DNA of 32,000 nucleotides from Candidatus Harpocratesius repetitus (GTDB lineage: Archaea; Asgardarchaeota; Lokiarchaeia; Sigyniarchaeales; Promethearchaeaceae), in NCBI GenBank assembly GCA_021498095.1, contig JAIZWK010000001.1:3600001-3632000 (forward strand), read 5' to 3'. Shown in pieces: positions 7,653 to 16,666 of the stretch. The notes below the pieces were generated by a model. The model was not told the origin of the DNA, searched no databases, and saw only the letters and a list, made by a program, of their open reading frames with translations. The translations under genes were made by a program, and so were the position numbers. Positions within the stretch are counted from its first letter, which is position 1, and each line of letters starts with the position of its first letter.

Positions 7653-10016
7653 ATGCATACAGTAATATTTTCAACATTGATTGGTGGGAGCGGTGATGAT
7701 AGAGGGTTTGATATTGCCTTGGATTCTTCTGGTTTTATATATATTTATGGCTCAACTTCATCAACAGATTTCCCGGTTACTACAGATGCTTTTGATACAA
7801 CTTATGGAGGGGGAGAAGATTTATTTGTTGTAAAAATGGACCCCACCGGTCAAAGTCTGAATTATTCAACATATATTGGAGGTTCAGGAGGTGAATGGAG
7901 AAATTTATTCTATGTTACTTCTGAAGGTCGTGTATATTTGTCAGGAAAAACAACTTCAATAGATATTCCAACTACAGAAAATGCGTTTGATTCATCACTT
8001 GGTGGAACTGATGGTTTCTTTTGTATCTTAAATGAAGCGGGTAATTCATTGGATTATTGTACTTATTTTGGTGGAAGTGGAGAAGATGATATTGATTATT
8101 TCTTCCCATTAGAAAATGATGAAGTAATTTTTTCTGGTTATACATATTCTTCTAATCTACCAATTTCTGATGATGCGTACCAAAGTGTTTATGGAGGAAA
8201 TGGAGATATGTATATCGTAAAGTTGAATATCAGTTCTAAAACTTTGGTATATGGAAGTTATTATGGAGGATCTTCACTGGATGCAAAGAATTCTCAAATA
8301 TGTAGGAATGAATTTGGAGAATATTTCGTAGTTAGCACCTCTGGTTCATCGGATTTTCCCATTACACAAGATGCGGTTCAAAAAACGGTAATTGGTGGAC
8401 AAGATTTAGTATTAATGAAATTTTCTCAAAATTTAACAGAAATTAAGTATAGTTCATTTTTAGGTGGTTCTAACGATGATTTTATTTGTAATATAAAATG
8501 TATCGGCTTAAATAAAATAACAATTGCGGGGTATTCTCTTAGTTCAGATTTTCAATCTGATAAAATTGTTTCAAGATTACCAACTGGTGTTTACTTTGGA
8601 TTTACTATTGATTTTGATTTCCTTAAAAATAAAACTGAAAACTATAATTACTATGCATCTTCAGATCGGGTAATCGCAAAAGATTTCGTTTATTCTTCAA
8701 ATAATTTATATGTTTTTGGAAATGAGAGAGAATCCAATATGAGTTTATCAGGAATCCGGTGTAATAATACTAATCAAGGCGATGTAGATGTGTTTTTAAT
8801 TAAGTTTTCAAACATGGGGATGAATCTTTATACTCCAGAATGGATCACAGAAAATCAAACAATTGATGTTGATAATTTAATTCTTAACTGGACCGATGTC
8901 AACTGGGCTGAAGAATACAATATATATATCAACAATATCTTTTATTCCAATTCAGTGGTTTCAGAAAAGGAGGTTATTTTTCCAGGAAATGGAAAATACG
9001 AGGTTTTTTTGACTGCTTCTAATTCAACAGGTGAATCATCACTATCTTTACCACTTTCGATTGTAGTATCGATTCCGCCACCTCCTAGACCCGAAGAACC
9101 TTTATGGATAACAGAAAACCAAACATTGACTGCGGATCGAATTTTACTCCAATGGCATGAGCAGCAATTTGTAGATAGTTATCAATTATTTATTAATGGA
9201 ACATTTGAAGTTGAGATTGAAAATGAATCTTTTGAATATGTGTTCAAAAATAATGGAAGATATAATTTTCAATTAAAAGCATTTAATAGTTCTGGATATT
9301 CTGCTTTTTCTGAAGTTCTAAGCATATATGTAGATTGCCCAAGTTTATTAATTCCACCCCATATCGAATTGATTTCTCCTGCAGATAATGAAATTTTTGA
9401 AAATACTACAGAGATTCCATTGATATATATTCTGACTGGGGATGTTTCTGGAGCAACAGTATCTTATAATCTTTCATCAACAACTAATTGGAATTCTTTA
9501 CATGGAAATACAACACTCAAATTCGAAGAAGGAGGAATTTACACTATCCAATTGTTGTTAGAATTGTCAAATCACACTGTAATTTATAGTGAAACACATT
9601 TATTTACGGTGATTTTACCTACAACAAATTCCTTAATTTTTGAATTAAATTCTCCCGCAGATAATGAAATATTTGAAGATATCACAGAAATTCCATTAAT
9701 ATATACTCTAACTGGGGATGTTTCTGGAGCAACAGTATTTTACAATCTTTCATCAACTAATCAATGGATTTCTCTAACAGGAAATACAACAATTTCAATT
9801 GAAGAAGAAGGAGTATATTCAATTCAATTAATGCTTATATTATCAAATGGAACTCAGATCTTAACTGAAACGCATTCATTCACAGTGTTTATACATTCAG
9901 ATAATAATTTTGATAACATTCCTGGATACATAGATATAATTTGGCTTTTGCTAGGAACATATACAGTTATATTTCTTTCAATCTATCAGAAATATAGAAA
10001 AAGCAAGAATTTCTAA
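7653..10016 (+). CDS. Cell-surface protein: SBBP-type beta-propeller repeats, two FN3/Ig-like repeats, two ~92-aa repeats, C-terminal Loki-CTERM-type sorting/anchor segment
   Basis: Repeated STLIGGSGDD / STYIGGSGGE / CTYFGGSGED / SYYGGSSLD / SSFLGGSNDD blades with DFPVT-D-TYGG--D-FVVK; C-terminus DNIPGYIDIIWLLLGTYTVIFLSIYQKYRKSKNF (IPGY + TM + basic tail); many N-x-S/T sequons. Confidence 0.85.
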   Translation: MHTVIFSTLIGGSGDDRGFDIALDSSGFIYIYGSTSSTDFPVTTDAFDTTYGGGEDLFVVKMDPTGQSLNYSTYIGGSGGEWRNLFYVTSEGRVYLSGKTTSIDIPTTENAFDSSLGGTDGFFCILNEAGNSLDYCTYFGGSGEDDIDYFFPLENDEVIFSGYTYSSNLPISDDAYQSVYGGNGDMYIVKLNISSKTLVYGSYYGGSSLDAKNSQICRNEFGEYFVVSTSGSSDFPITQDAVQKTVIGGQDLVLMKFSQNLTEIKYSSFLGGSNDDFICNIKCIGLNKITIAGYSLSSDFQSDKIVSRLPTGVYFGFTIDFDFLKNKTENYNYYASSDRVIAKDFVYSSNNLYVFGNERESNMSLSGIRCNNTNQGDVDVFLIKFSNMGMNLYTPEWITENQTIDVDNLILNWTDVNWAEEYNIYINNIFYSNSVVSEKEVIFPGNGKYEVFLTASNSTGESSLSLPLSIVVSIPPPPRPEEPLWITENQTLTADRILLQWHEQQFVDSYQLFINGTFEVEIENESFEYVFKNNGRYNFQLKAFNSSGYSAFSEVLSIYVDCPSLLIPPHIELISPADNEIFENTTEIPLIYILTGDVSGATVSYNLSSTTNWNSLHGNTTLKFEEGGIYTIQLLLELSNHTVIYSETHLFTVILPTTNSLIFELNSPADNEIFEDITEIPLIYTLTGDVSGATVFYNLSSTNQWISLTGNTTISIEEEGVYSIQLMLILSNGTQILTETHSFTVFIHSDNNFDNIPGYIDIIWLLLGTYTVIFLSIYQKYRKSKNF
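8830..9360 (+). repeat. Two diverged beta-sandwich (FN3-like) repeats within the surface protein
   Basis: PEWITENQTIDVDNLILNWTDV...YEVFLTASNSTGES versus PLWITENQTLTADRILLQWHEQ...YNFQLKAFNSSGYS; boundaries approximate. Confidence 0.7.
9363..9890 (+). repeat. Tandem duplication of a ~92-aa domain (unit spacing about 276 nt)
   Basis: SPADNEIFENTTEIPLIYILTGDVSGATVSYNLSS versus SPADNEIFEDITEIPLIYTLTGDVSGATVFYNLSS; nucleotide identity visible (gcagataatgaaat, actggggatgtttctggagcaacagtat). Confidence 0.9.
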
Positions 10017-10085
10017 TTCTTTTCTTCATATTTTTTAAGTTTTTTTCATTATTTTGAAATTTTTTCTTCTTTTCTTCTTTTCTTC
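10017..10085 (+). terminator. T-rich tract, probable archaeal oligo(dT) terminator
   Basis: Pyrimidine-rich run with several T5-T7 tracts directly after the TAA at 10014-10016. Confidence 0.45.
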
Positions 10086-10291
10086 AGTTATTCAAATTAT
10101 TTTAATCTTCTAGGTGAAATTGTTGGATCTTTTTGCAAAAATTAAAATAAATTAAATAGATACACTCTTTAATCTGAATTTTAAAGGGAAGATTCAAACA
10201 TATATACATATCAATAGTTGCTTGAATGTTTCAAGGAATCTTATTACAAAGTAAAACATTCAAATATTTACAGAATTTCATTCACCCACGA

Positions 10292-10880
10292 AAAGAATCC
10301 ACCGTGCTTTGAAACCTCCTGACTCTGTGGCATGGTAGAGATTTATCCATCCTTAGATTGACACGATTATTTTTGATAGGGAGTTTTATCACGCCACGCC
10401 GGTTTCAGAATTAAAAAAAAATTTGTATAAAATGTATTTTCCCAACCATAAAATTTGCATGGATAAAATATAAAATGACTCAATATTTGCATGGACAGAA
10501 GGGATTTGTTTTAGGAAATGTTTTTGCTCAGTCAAATAAATATTATCTGAAACAGGCAAGCACTTTTGTGCGCTTAGTAATTATCGGAAGGAAGAATGAA
10601 ATGTCTTGGAATATTAAAGCAAGATTTCAAAAGAGACAATTAACAGAGGAAGAAACTCTTAATAATTTAACTGGACTTTTCACAACATATAGACCATGGA
10701 AAAATCACGTTTTTTTACAACAAAACTCTTAGATATTTATGTCAAAGCGATTTTTTACAACTGGTGGCAGCCTTGCAGGGTTTTTAGGATAAAAAAAGGA
10801 TATCATCATAGAGATTATACTCTAAATGAATTTAGATGGTTTGCTTCAAGTCAGATCTGCATAGTTCTGAAAGATTAGAA
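10292..10880 (+). mobile_element. Probable degraded insertion-sequence remnants: IS200/IS605-like end hairpin plus a fragmentary DDE-type transposase C-terminus
   Basis: Imperfect GC-rich hairpin CCACCGTGC(10299-10307)...GCATGGTAG(10330-10338) preceded by GAAT; two overlapping short frames (10475..10732, 10696..10878) ending ...YVKAIFYNWWQPCR, resembling the YNxW C-terminal helix of IS4/IS5-type transposases. Pattern recall only, unverified. Confidence 0.35.
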
Positions 10881-10986
10881 GTAGAAAGTAATAATTTTTA
10901 ATAACTAATTTAAAGGATGGAGGGAAAATGAAGAAAAATAAAAAACCTTAAAGGCGGGATAAAAAAAAGAATTGTTTCAAATGCAC

Positions 10987-11685
10987 TCAAATTTTGTTAT
11001 ATTCTGTGTTTTTTAATAAAAATTCGCAATATTTAATATCTTCATATGAATCAATATCAACACTTCGTGTACGAGGCATGATATATGGCATTATTTTTTT
11101 TGAATAAAATCCTTGATTTTTTCTGAAACTTTGTACAGATGAGATATATATCGCTCCATTGGAAATATAGGTTTGTGGAAGAGTTTGGCGTGGTTTTTTA
11201 AAATAATCAAGAGAAAACAATGGATGGAGGTGATTCTCTGAAATTGTGAAACTCCAATATGGAGAATGTTCAGATTCGCAAACGCTTATAAGCGCTTCAT
11301 TTGATCTTTGCTGCAGAAATTTAGATATTGCTTCATCAATATCCTCAGTGGAACGAAGTGGTGAAGTTGGTTGTAGTAAAACAAGCAAATCGGAATTATT
11401 AATTTTAGGTTGCATTTGAGAGAGAAAATCCATAATAACATCTACTGTAGAAGAATTATCTTGAGCAAGTTCATCTGGGCGATTAATAATTTCAATTGGA
11501 AAGCTTTTAACATATTCCTTAATATTGGGATCTTCAGTAGATACAAAAATAGAATCAATTAAATTAGAGTTTAATGCAGCATCAATTGTATATTTTATAA
11601 GTGGTTTCTGTAAAATAGGAAATAAGTTTTTTCGTTTTACTCCCTTAGATCCACCTCGAGCGGGAATGATTGCATAATTTGCCAT
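10987..11685 (-). CDS. Acylneuraminate (CMP-nonulosonate) cytidylyltransferase, copy 1 (NeuA/PseF/LegF family)
   Basis: IIPARGGSKGVKRKN, VSTED, RPDELAQDNSST, LLQPTSPLR, SNGAIY, SVDIDSYED. Confidence 0.95.
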   Translation of the reverse strand: MANYAIIPARGGSKGVKRKNLFPILQKPLIKYTIDAALNSNLIDSIFVSTEDPNIKEYVKSFPIEIINRPDELAQDNSSTVDVIMDFLSQMQPKINNSDLLVLLQPTSPLRSTEDIDEAISKFLQQRSNEALISVCESEHSPYWSFTISENHLHPLFSLDYFKKPRQTLPQTYISNGAIYISSVQSFRKNQGFYSKKIMPYIMPRTRSVDIDSYEDIKYCEFLLKNTEYNKI

Positions 11686-11750
11686 ATAATTAAGTTAGAT
11701 ACACAATAAGAAAAAAATTATTATTTCAGATAAGAATATATATTTCAATA

Positions 11751-12641
11751 ATGCATTTTCAAGAAAAGATTTTTGTTTCGAGTTCTTGTTTAAAACCAAA
11801 ACTCTCTATTTCAGAAATTGTGGATTTATATTTGAAGAATAAGATTAACAAAATCGAATTAGGCTCGTCCCATAAATATGAAGAAAATATAATTTCAAAA
11901 TTAAAGAAAAAGAAAAAAGAAAATCCTTTTGAATGTACAATACATGCTTATTTTCCTCCTTTAGAAGACTCTTTCTTTTTTGTAAATCTCGCTTCAAATA
12001 AGCCAAAAATTGCCTTAAGAAGTAAAAATTTTGTTAAGAAAATGATTGATTATTCAGCAGAATTGGATGCAAAAATGTGCAGTTTTCATTCTGGATTTCG
12101 TTGGGATCCTGTAGATTCATTAAAATATAATGGTCAGGAGATATATGATTATGATAAATCCTATCAAATTTTCCTTCAAAATATTAAAGAAATTTGTATT
12201 TATGCAGAAAAAAAGAATGTTCCTTTGGCATTTGAACCCAATGTTGTATCAGCAAACAGTTTAATCAATGGAAAAAATTTACTCTTAATGATGTGTGAAC
12301 ATGATGAAATTAGAAAACTATACAAAGATTTGGAAGATACTGGAATAAGAAATTTGCAATTATTATTAGATGTTGGTCATTTAAAGGTTACTGCAAATAA
12401 TCTTAATTATAGTTTTGATGACTTCATTAAAGAGTTTAAAAAATATATTGGAGAAATCCACATTCATGATAATGATGGTTTAATGGATACTCATGATCAA
12501 ATCACCCAAAATTCAAAAATTGGAAAAGTTTTAGAATCTTTAAAAAATGAAAAAGACATGATCTTTACTTTAGAAGCAGGGAAATTGAGTATTGATGAAA
12601 TTAAAGAACAAAAAGAATTATTAAGAATAATTCTATATTAA
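11751..12641 (+). CDS. Xylose isomerase-like / AP endonuclease 2 family TIM-barrel metalloenzyme
   Basis: IHAYFPP, FHSG, AFEPN, LLDVGHL, EIHIHDNDGLMDTHD, FTLE: metal-ligand pattern of the family. Confidence 0.85.
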   Translation: MHFQEKIFVSSSCLKPKLSISEIVDLYLKNKINKIELGSSHKYEENIISKLKKKKKENPFECTIHAYFPPLEDSFFFVNLASNKPKIALRSKNFVKKMIDYSAELDAKMCSFHSGFRWDPVDSLKYNGQEIYDYDKSYQIFLQNIKEICIYAEKKNVPLAFEPNVVSANSLINGKNLLLMMCEHDEIRKLYKDLEDTGIRNLQLLLDVGHLKVTANNLNYSFDDFIKEFKKYIGEIHIHDNDGLMDTHDQITQNSKIGKVLESLKNEKDMIFTLEAGKLSIDEIKEQKELLRIILY

Positions 12642-12653
12642 TGAGGAATCCTT

Positions 12654-13730
12654 ATGAAAAGTGTAAGTTTTGCACCTCCAGCAATTGGAATAGAAGAATA
12701 TGAAGCAATTAATAAAGTATTTTCATCTGGTTGGTTATCTCAAGGTCCCGAAACAGACCAATTTGAGAAAGAATTAGCCGAATATATTGGATGTAAGCAT
12801 GTAATTGTTGTAAATAATGGAACTTCTGCGTTAATCTGTGCTTTACTGTCACATGGTATTCAACCTGGTGATGAAGTAATTGTTCCAGCATATACTTTTA
12901 TTGCAACGATTAATTCTGTATTATCAATAGGCGCTAAACCTGTTTTAGCTGATATAGACAGTCAAACTTGGAATACTACCCCAGAATTGATGAAAAAAAA
13001 GGTTACAGAAAAAACAAAAGCAATAATGCCTGTTGATATTGCAGGAATGGCAGTAGATATTGATGAATTTGAAGATTTTGCATCAGAAAATAACCTAATT
13101 ATGATAGAGGATTCAGCAGAATCAATAGGTGGGGAATATAAAAAAAAGAAAATTGGTTCTTTTAACCATACCTCAATTTTCAGCTTTCATATGGCTAAAT
13201 TAATTACCACTATTGAAGGTGGATGTATATCTACAAATGATGATGAAATTGCTCAAAAAATTCGTTCAATTAGAAACCATGGTATGGAAGGTAAATATCA
13301 TTATGTAAACTTTGGATTAAACTTACGCACAACAGATATTCAATCAAGTATAGGTCGGATTCAATTAAAAAAAATTGATCAATTTATTAATCACAGAAAA
13401 AAAATGGTCCAAATTTACCGTGATAGATTAGGAGATAGAGTTTCATACCAAAAAATACCATCATATATATCAATCCATCCCTATATGATTTTTTCAATTC
13501 AAGTAGATGGAAATCGTCGAGATGATATTAATACATATTTAAATCACAATCAGATCTCTACTAGAATGTGGCCATCGATTTATAAATCACCATATCATAA
13601 TCAACTTTTTAATGATGAATTTCCAAATGCTGATAAAGTTGCAAATAGCCTTATTAATTTGCCAATAGGGAATGGAATAAAAGAAAATGAAATAAACTAT
13701 GTTTGTGATATATTACTGAAAAAACTATAA
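12654..13730 (+). CDS. DegT/DnrJ/EryC1/StrS PLP-dependent sugar aminotransferase, GDP-perosamine synthase-like
   Basis: SGWLSQGP, NNGTSAL, GDEVIVPAYTFIAT, IEDSAESIG (AE variant as in PerA), FSFHMAKLITTIEGG (PLP lysine), GLNLRTTDIQ; immediately upstream of gmd. Confidence 0.9.
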   Translation: MKSVSFAPPAIGIEEYEAINKVFSSGWLSQGPETDQFEKELAEYIGCKHVIVVNNGTSALICALLSHGIQPGDEVIVPAYTFIATINSVLSIGAKPVLADIDSQTWNTTPELMKKKVTEKTKAIMPVDIAGMAVDIDEFEDFASENNLIMIEDSAESIGGEYKKKKIGSFNHTSIFSFHMAKLITTIEGGCISTNDDEIAQKIRSIRNHGMEGKYHYVNFGLNLRTTDIQSSIGRIQLKKIDQFINHRKKMVQIYRDRLGDRVSYQKIPSYISIHPYMIFSIQVDGNRRDDINTYLNHNQISTRMWPSIYKSPYHNQLFNDEFPNADKVANSLINLPIGNGIKENEINYVCDILLKKL

Positions 13731-13745
13731 GAAGGAAGAAATGAA

Positions 13746-14801
13746 ATGAAAAAAGCCTTGATTACTGGTGTTAATGGACAAGATGGTTCTTATCTTGCAG
13801 AATTATTATTAAAGAAAGGATATGAAGTACATGGTTTAATTCGACGAAGTAGCATAATGAAATTTGATCGAATAGAGCATCTCATTCAAGATCCACAATT
13901 AAAAGACAAGCATAAATTCTACTTACATTATAATGATATGACAGATTCTTTAAACATAACAAAATTACTAAAAACAATAGAACCAAATGAAATTTATAAC
14001 TTAGCTGCTCAAAGCCATGTTAGAATTTCATTTGAAACGCCTGAGTATACATCTAATGTTGATGCATTGGGAACACTGAGATTATTGGAATCTGTTAAGT
14101 TCTTAGGATTAGAGAACAAAACAAGAATCTATCAAGCTTCAACAAGTGAATTGTACGGATTAGCAACTGAAATACCTCAATCAGAAACAACTCCCTTTCA
14201 TCCACGAAGTCCTTATGCAGTTGCAAAACTTTATGCTTACTGGATAACTATCAATTATCGTGAAGCGTATAATATGTTTGCGAGTAATGGAATATTATTT
14301 AATCATGAATCCCCTCGAAGAGGAGAAAATTTTGTTACTAGAAAAATCTCTTTAATGGCTTCTGAAATTGCTTTAGGAAAACGAGAGTGTTTATATTTAG
14401 GAAATATGTATGCCAAGCGAGACTGGGGGTACGCAGCAGAATATGTTGAAGCGATGTGGAAAATACTACAAATAGATAAACCAGATGACTTTGTCATAGC
14501 AACTGGAGAAACGCATACAGTTAAAGATTTTGTTGAAGCTGCATTTCATCATTTAAATATACCAATTCGTTGGGAAGGTGAGGGTGTAGACGAAGTTGGA
14601 ATTAATGAAATCAATAACAAAATAATTGTTCGCATTGATCCTTACTATTTTAGACCTGCTGAAGTTGAATATCTTTTAGGAGATCCAACAAAAGCTAAAA
14701 AGATACTAAATTGGGAACCCAAAGTCAAATTTAAGGAATTAGTAGGTATTATGGTTGATTCTGACTTGAATTTATTAAAGAAAAAATATCATCTTCTATA
14801 G
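13746..14801 (+). CDS. gmd: GDP-mannose 4,6-dehydratase
   Basis: [89 protein letters not shown]. Confidence 0.97.
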   Translation: MKKALITGVNGQDGSYLAELLLKKGYEVHGLIRRSSIMKFDRIEHLIQDPQLKDKHKFYLHYNDMTDSLNITKLLKTIEPNEIYNLAAQSHVRISFETPEYTSNVDALGTLRLLESVKFLGLENKTRIYQASTSELYGLATEIPQSETTPFHPRSPYAVAKLYAYWITINYREAYNMFASNGILFNHESPRRGENFVTRKISLMASEIALGKRECLYLGNMYAKRDWGYAAEYVEAMWKILQIDKPDDFVIATGETHTVKDFVEAAFHHLNIPIRWEGEGVDEVGINEINNKIIVRIDPYYFRPAEVEYLLGDPTKAKKILNWEPKVKFKELVGIMVDSDLNLLKKKYHLL

Positions 14802-14810
14802 AATGGAATA

Positions 14811-15920
14811 ATGGTTATACAAATGAGAATTGAAATTAAAAACAAACGAACTATTGGAAAATTAGAGCCTATTTTTTTGATTGCAGAGATTGGAATTAAC
14901 CATATTCTCAATGAAAAGGACAAAATGAAATTGGGACTATCAAATTCCTTTGAAGTTGCATGTAAAATGATCGATATAGCAAAAGAAGCTGGAGTTGATG
15001 CAGTTAAATTTCAAACATTTAAAACTGAAGAACTTCAATTTCAAGGAATAAGTAAACCTGATTATCAAGAACAAAATGAAGAAATTAGAGAATCCTATTA
15101 TGATTTAATAAAAAAATATGAAGAAGATTATAATGAACAAAAAAAGATAGCCGATTATTGTAATAAAGTCGGAATACTTTTTCTTTCTACACCTTATGAT
15201 ATTGAAAGTGCTCTTTTTCTGGTTAACGAATTAGAAGTTCCAATTATCAAATTAGCATCTATCGAATTGAATAACCACCATTTTTTAAAACAAATCGTAC
15301 AGTTTAATCTGCCAATAATTTTATCAACAGGTTTAAGTAATGAAGAAGATGTAGAAGAAACCATAAAATTAGCTCAAAAAATGCATTTTAAAGACCGTTT
15401 AATATTACTTCATTGTACATCTGATTATCCAGCAAAAAAACATGAAATCAATTTAAATATCTTAAAAAACTACTATAATAAATATCCGAATATGTTATTT
15501 GGTTATAGTGATCATTCAGAAAACAATTTACCATCTTTAGGTGCCGCTGCAATTGGTGCAGTGGTAATTGAAAGACACTTTACATTAGATAAATCATTTT
15601 CAGGCCCAGATCACCGTGCATCTATGAATCCCAGCGAATTAAAGAAATGGGTGGAAGAAATTAGAAATATGGAAGTAATTCTTGGAAATTATACTAAAGA
15701 AATAACAGAATCTGAAAAAAAAAATCTTAATATGCGTAAATTCTTAGTTCTTAATCCAGTTAAAAAAGGGACTATTATTTCAGAAAATCACTTAACTACA
15801 ATGCGCACTGGAAAAGGAATTCTTCCAAAAAATTGCAATCTACAGAAAATTATAGGTAAAAAAGTTTGCAAAGATATAAAAAAAAGGACCATTTTTTCAT
15901 GGGATCTCATTTCTGATTAA
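14811..15920 (+). CDS. Nonulosonate synthase (NeuB family) with C-terminal SAF domain, copy 1, atypical N-terminal motif
   Basis: IAEIGINH, DAVKFQTF, FLSTPYD, IILSTG, LLHCTSDYPA, GYSDHS, IERHFTLDK, GPDHRAS, SAF-like tail. Confidence 0.93.
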   Translation: MVIQMRIEIKNKRTIGKLEPIFLIAEIGINHILNEKDKMKLGLSNSFEVACKMIDIAKEAGVDAVKFQTFKTEELQFQGISKPDYQEQNEEIRESYYDLIKKYEEDYNEQKKIADYCNKVGILFLSTPYDIESALFLVNELEVPIIKLASIELNNHHFLKQIVQFNLPIILSTGLSNEEDVEETIKLAQKMHFKDRLILLHCTSDYPAKKHEINLNILKNYYNKYPNMLFGYSDHSENNLPSLGAAAIGAVVIERHFTLDKSFSGPDHRASMNPSELKKWVEEIRNMEVILGNYTKEITESEKKNLNMRKFLVLNPVKKGTIISENHLTTMRTGKGILPKNCNLQKIIGKKVCKDIKKRTIFSWDLISD

Positions 15921-15960
15921 AAACCTTAGATATTTTTATAATATAAATAATATTGGAATA

Positions 15961-16647
15961 ATGAATATGGTGATTCATAGAAAGATTCTAATAATTGGGG
16001 CAGGAGTCCACGCTCAAGTAATACTTGATATCTTATCTTATGATTTAAACAATGAAATAATTGGATTCACAGATAAAGATAAAAGAAAGCATAATTCATT
16101 AATTAATGGAATACCTGTAATTGGGGATGATAGTGTCATTCCCAAACTAATTAAAAATAATGAAATTAATTCGATTATCATTGGATTAGGCTATGAACTT
16201 ATCGAAAAAAGAGAAATTCTTTATAATGAAATTAATAAATTAAACATTGAATTAATAAATGCAATTCATCCCTCTGCCATTATTGCAAAAAATGTAAAGC
16301 TTGGGAAAGGAATTGCGATTATGGCAGGATCTATTATAAATCCCAATAGCGATATTCAAGATAATGTTGTAATAAATACAGGAGCAATTATTGATCATGA
16401 CAATTATATAGGAAAGAATTGCTTTATCCAAGTAGGAGCTAAGTTAGCAGGAAATGTTAGAATTAGTGAGAATTCCATAATTGGATTGGGAGCAAATATT
16501 TTGGAAAAAGTAAAAATTGGGAGAAACTCCATAATAGGTGCTGGAAGTGTAGTTAATAGGAATATTCCAGATAATGTGATTTTTGTCGGAGTTCCTGCAA
16601 AGTTCTTGAGAAAAAATATCCGTATAACTAATGAAAGAATAAATTAA
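15961..16647 (+). CDS. Sugar N-/O-acetyltransferase, NeuD/PglD/PerB family (left-handed beta-helix)
   Basis: LIIGAGVHA, IGFTDKD, AIHPSAII, INTGAIIDHD, hexapeptide repeats, GVPAK. Confidence 0.92.
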   Translation: MNMVIHRKILIIGAGVHAQVILDILSYDLNNEIIGFTDKDKRKHNSLINGIPVIGDDSVIPKLIKNNEINSIIIGLGYELIEKREILYNEINKLNIELINAIHPSAIIAKNVKLGKGIAIMAGSIINPNSDIQDNVVINTGAIIDHDNYIGKNCFIQVGAKLAGNVRISENSIIGLGANILEKVKIGRNSIIGAGSVVNRNIPDNVIFVGVPAKFLRKNIRITNERIN

Positions 16648-16666
16648 TAAAAAATAGGATAAATGT

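Noticed and set aside
4536-10964. Shared 11-mer GCGGGATAAAA in two intergenic regions (4536-4546 and 10954-10964)
   Set aside because: Only two copies; 11-nt matches are expected by chance in 32 kb of skewed sequence
13746-14801. Fucose or legionaminic acid (LegB) assignment for the dehydratase
   Set aside because: No Fcl/WcaG gene in the window, and the motifs are canonical Gmd rather than LegB/PglF/PseB
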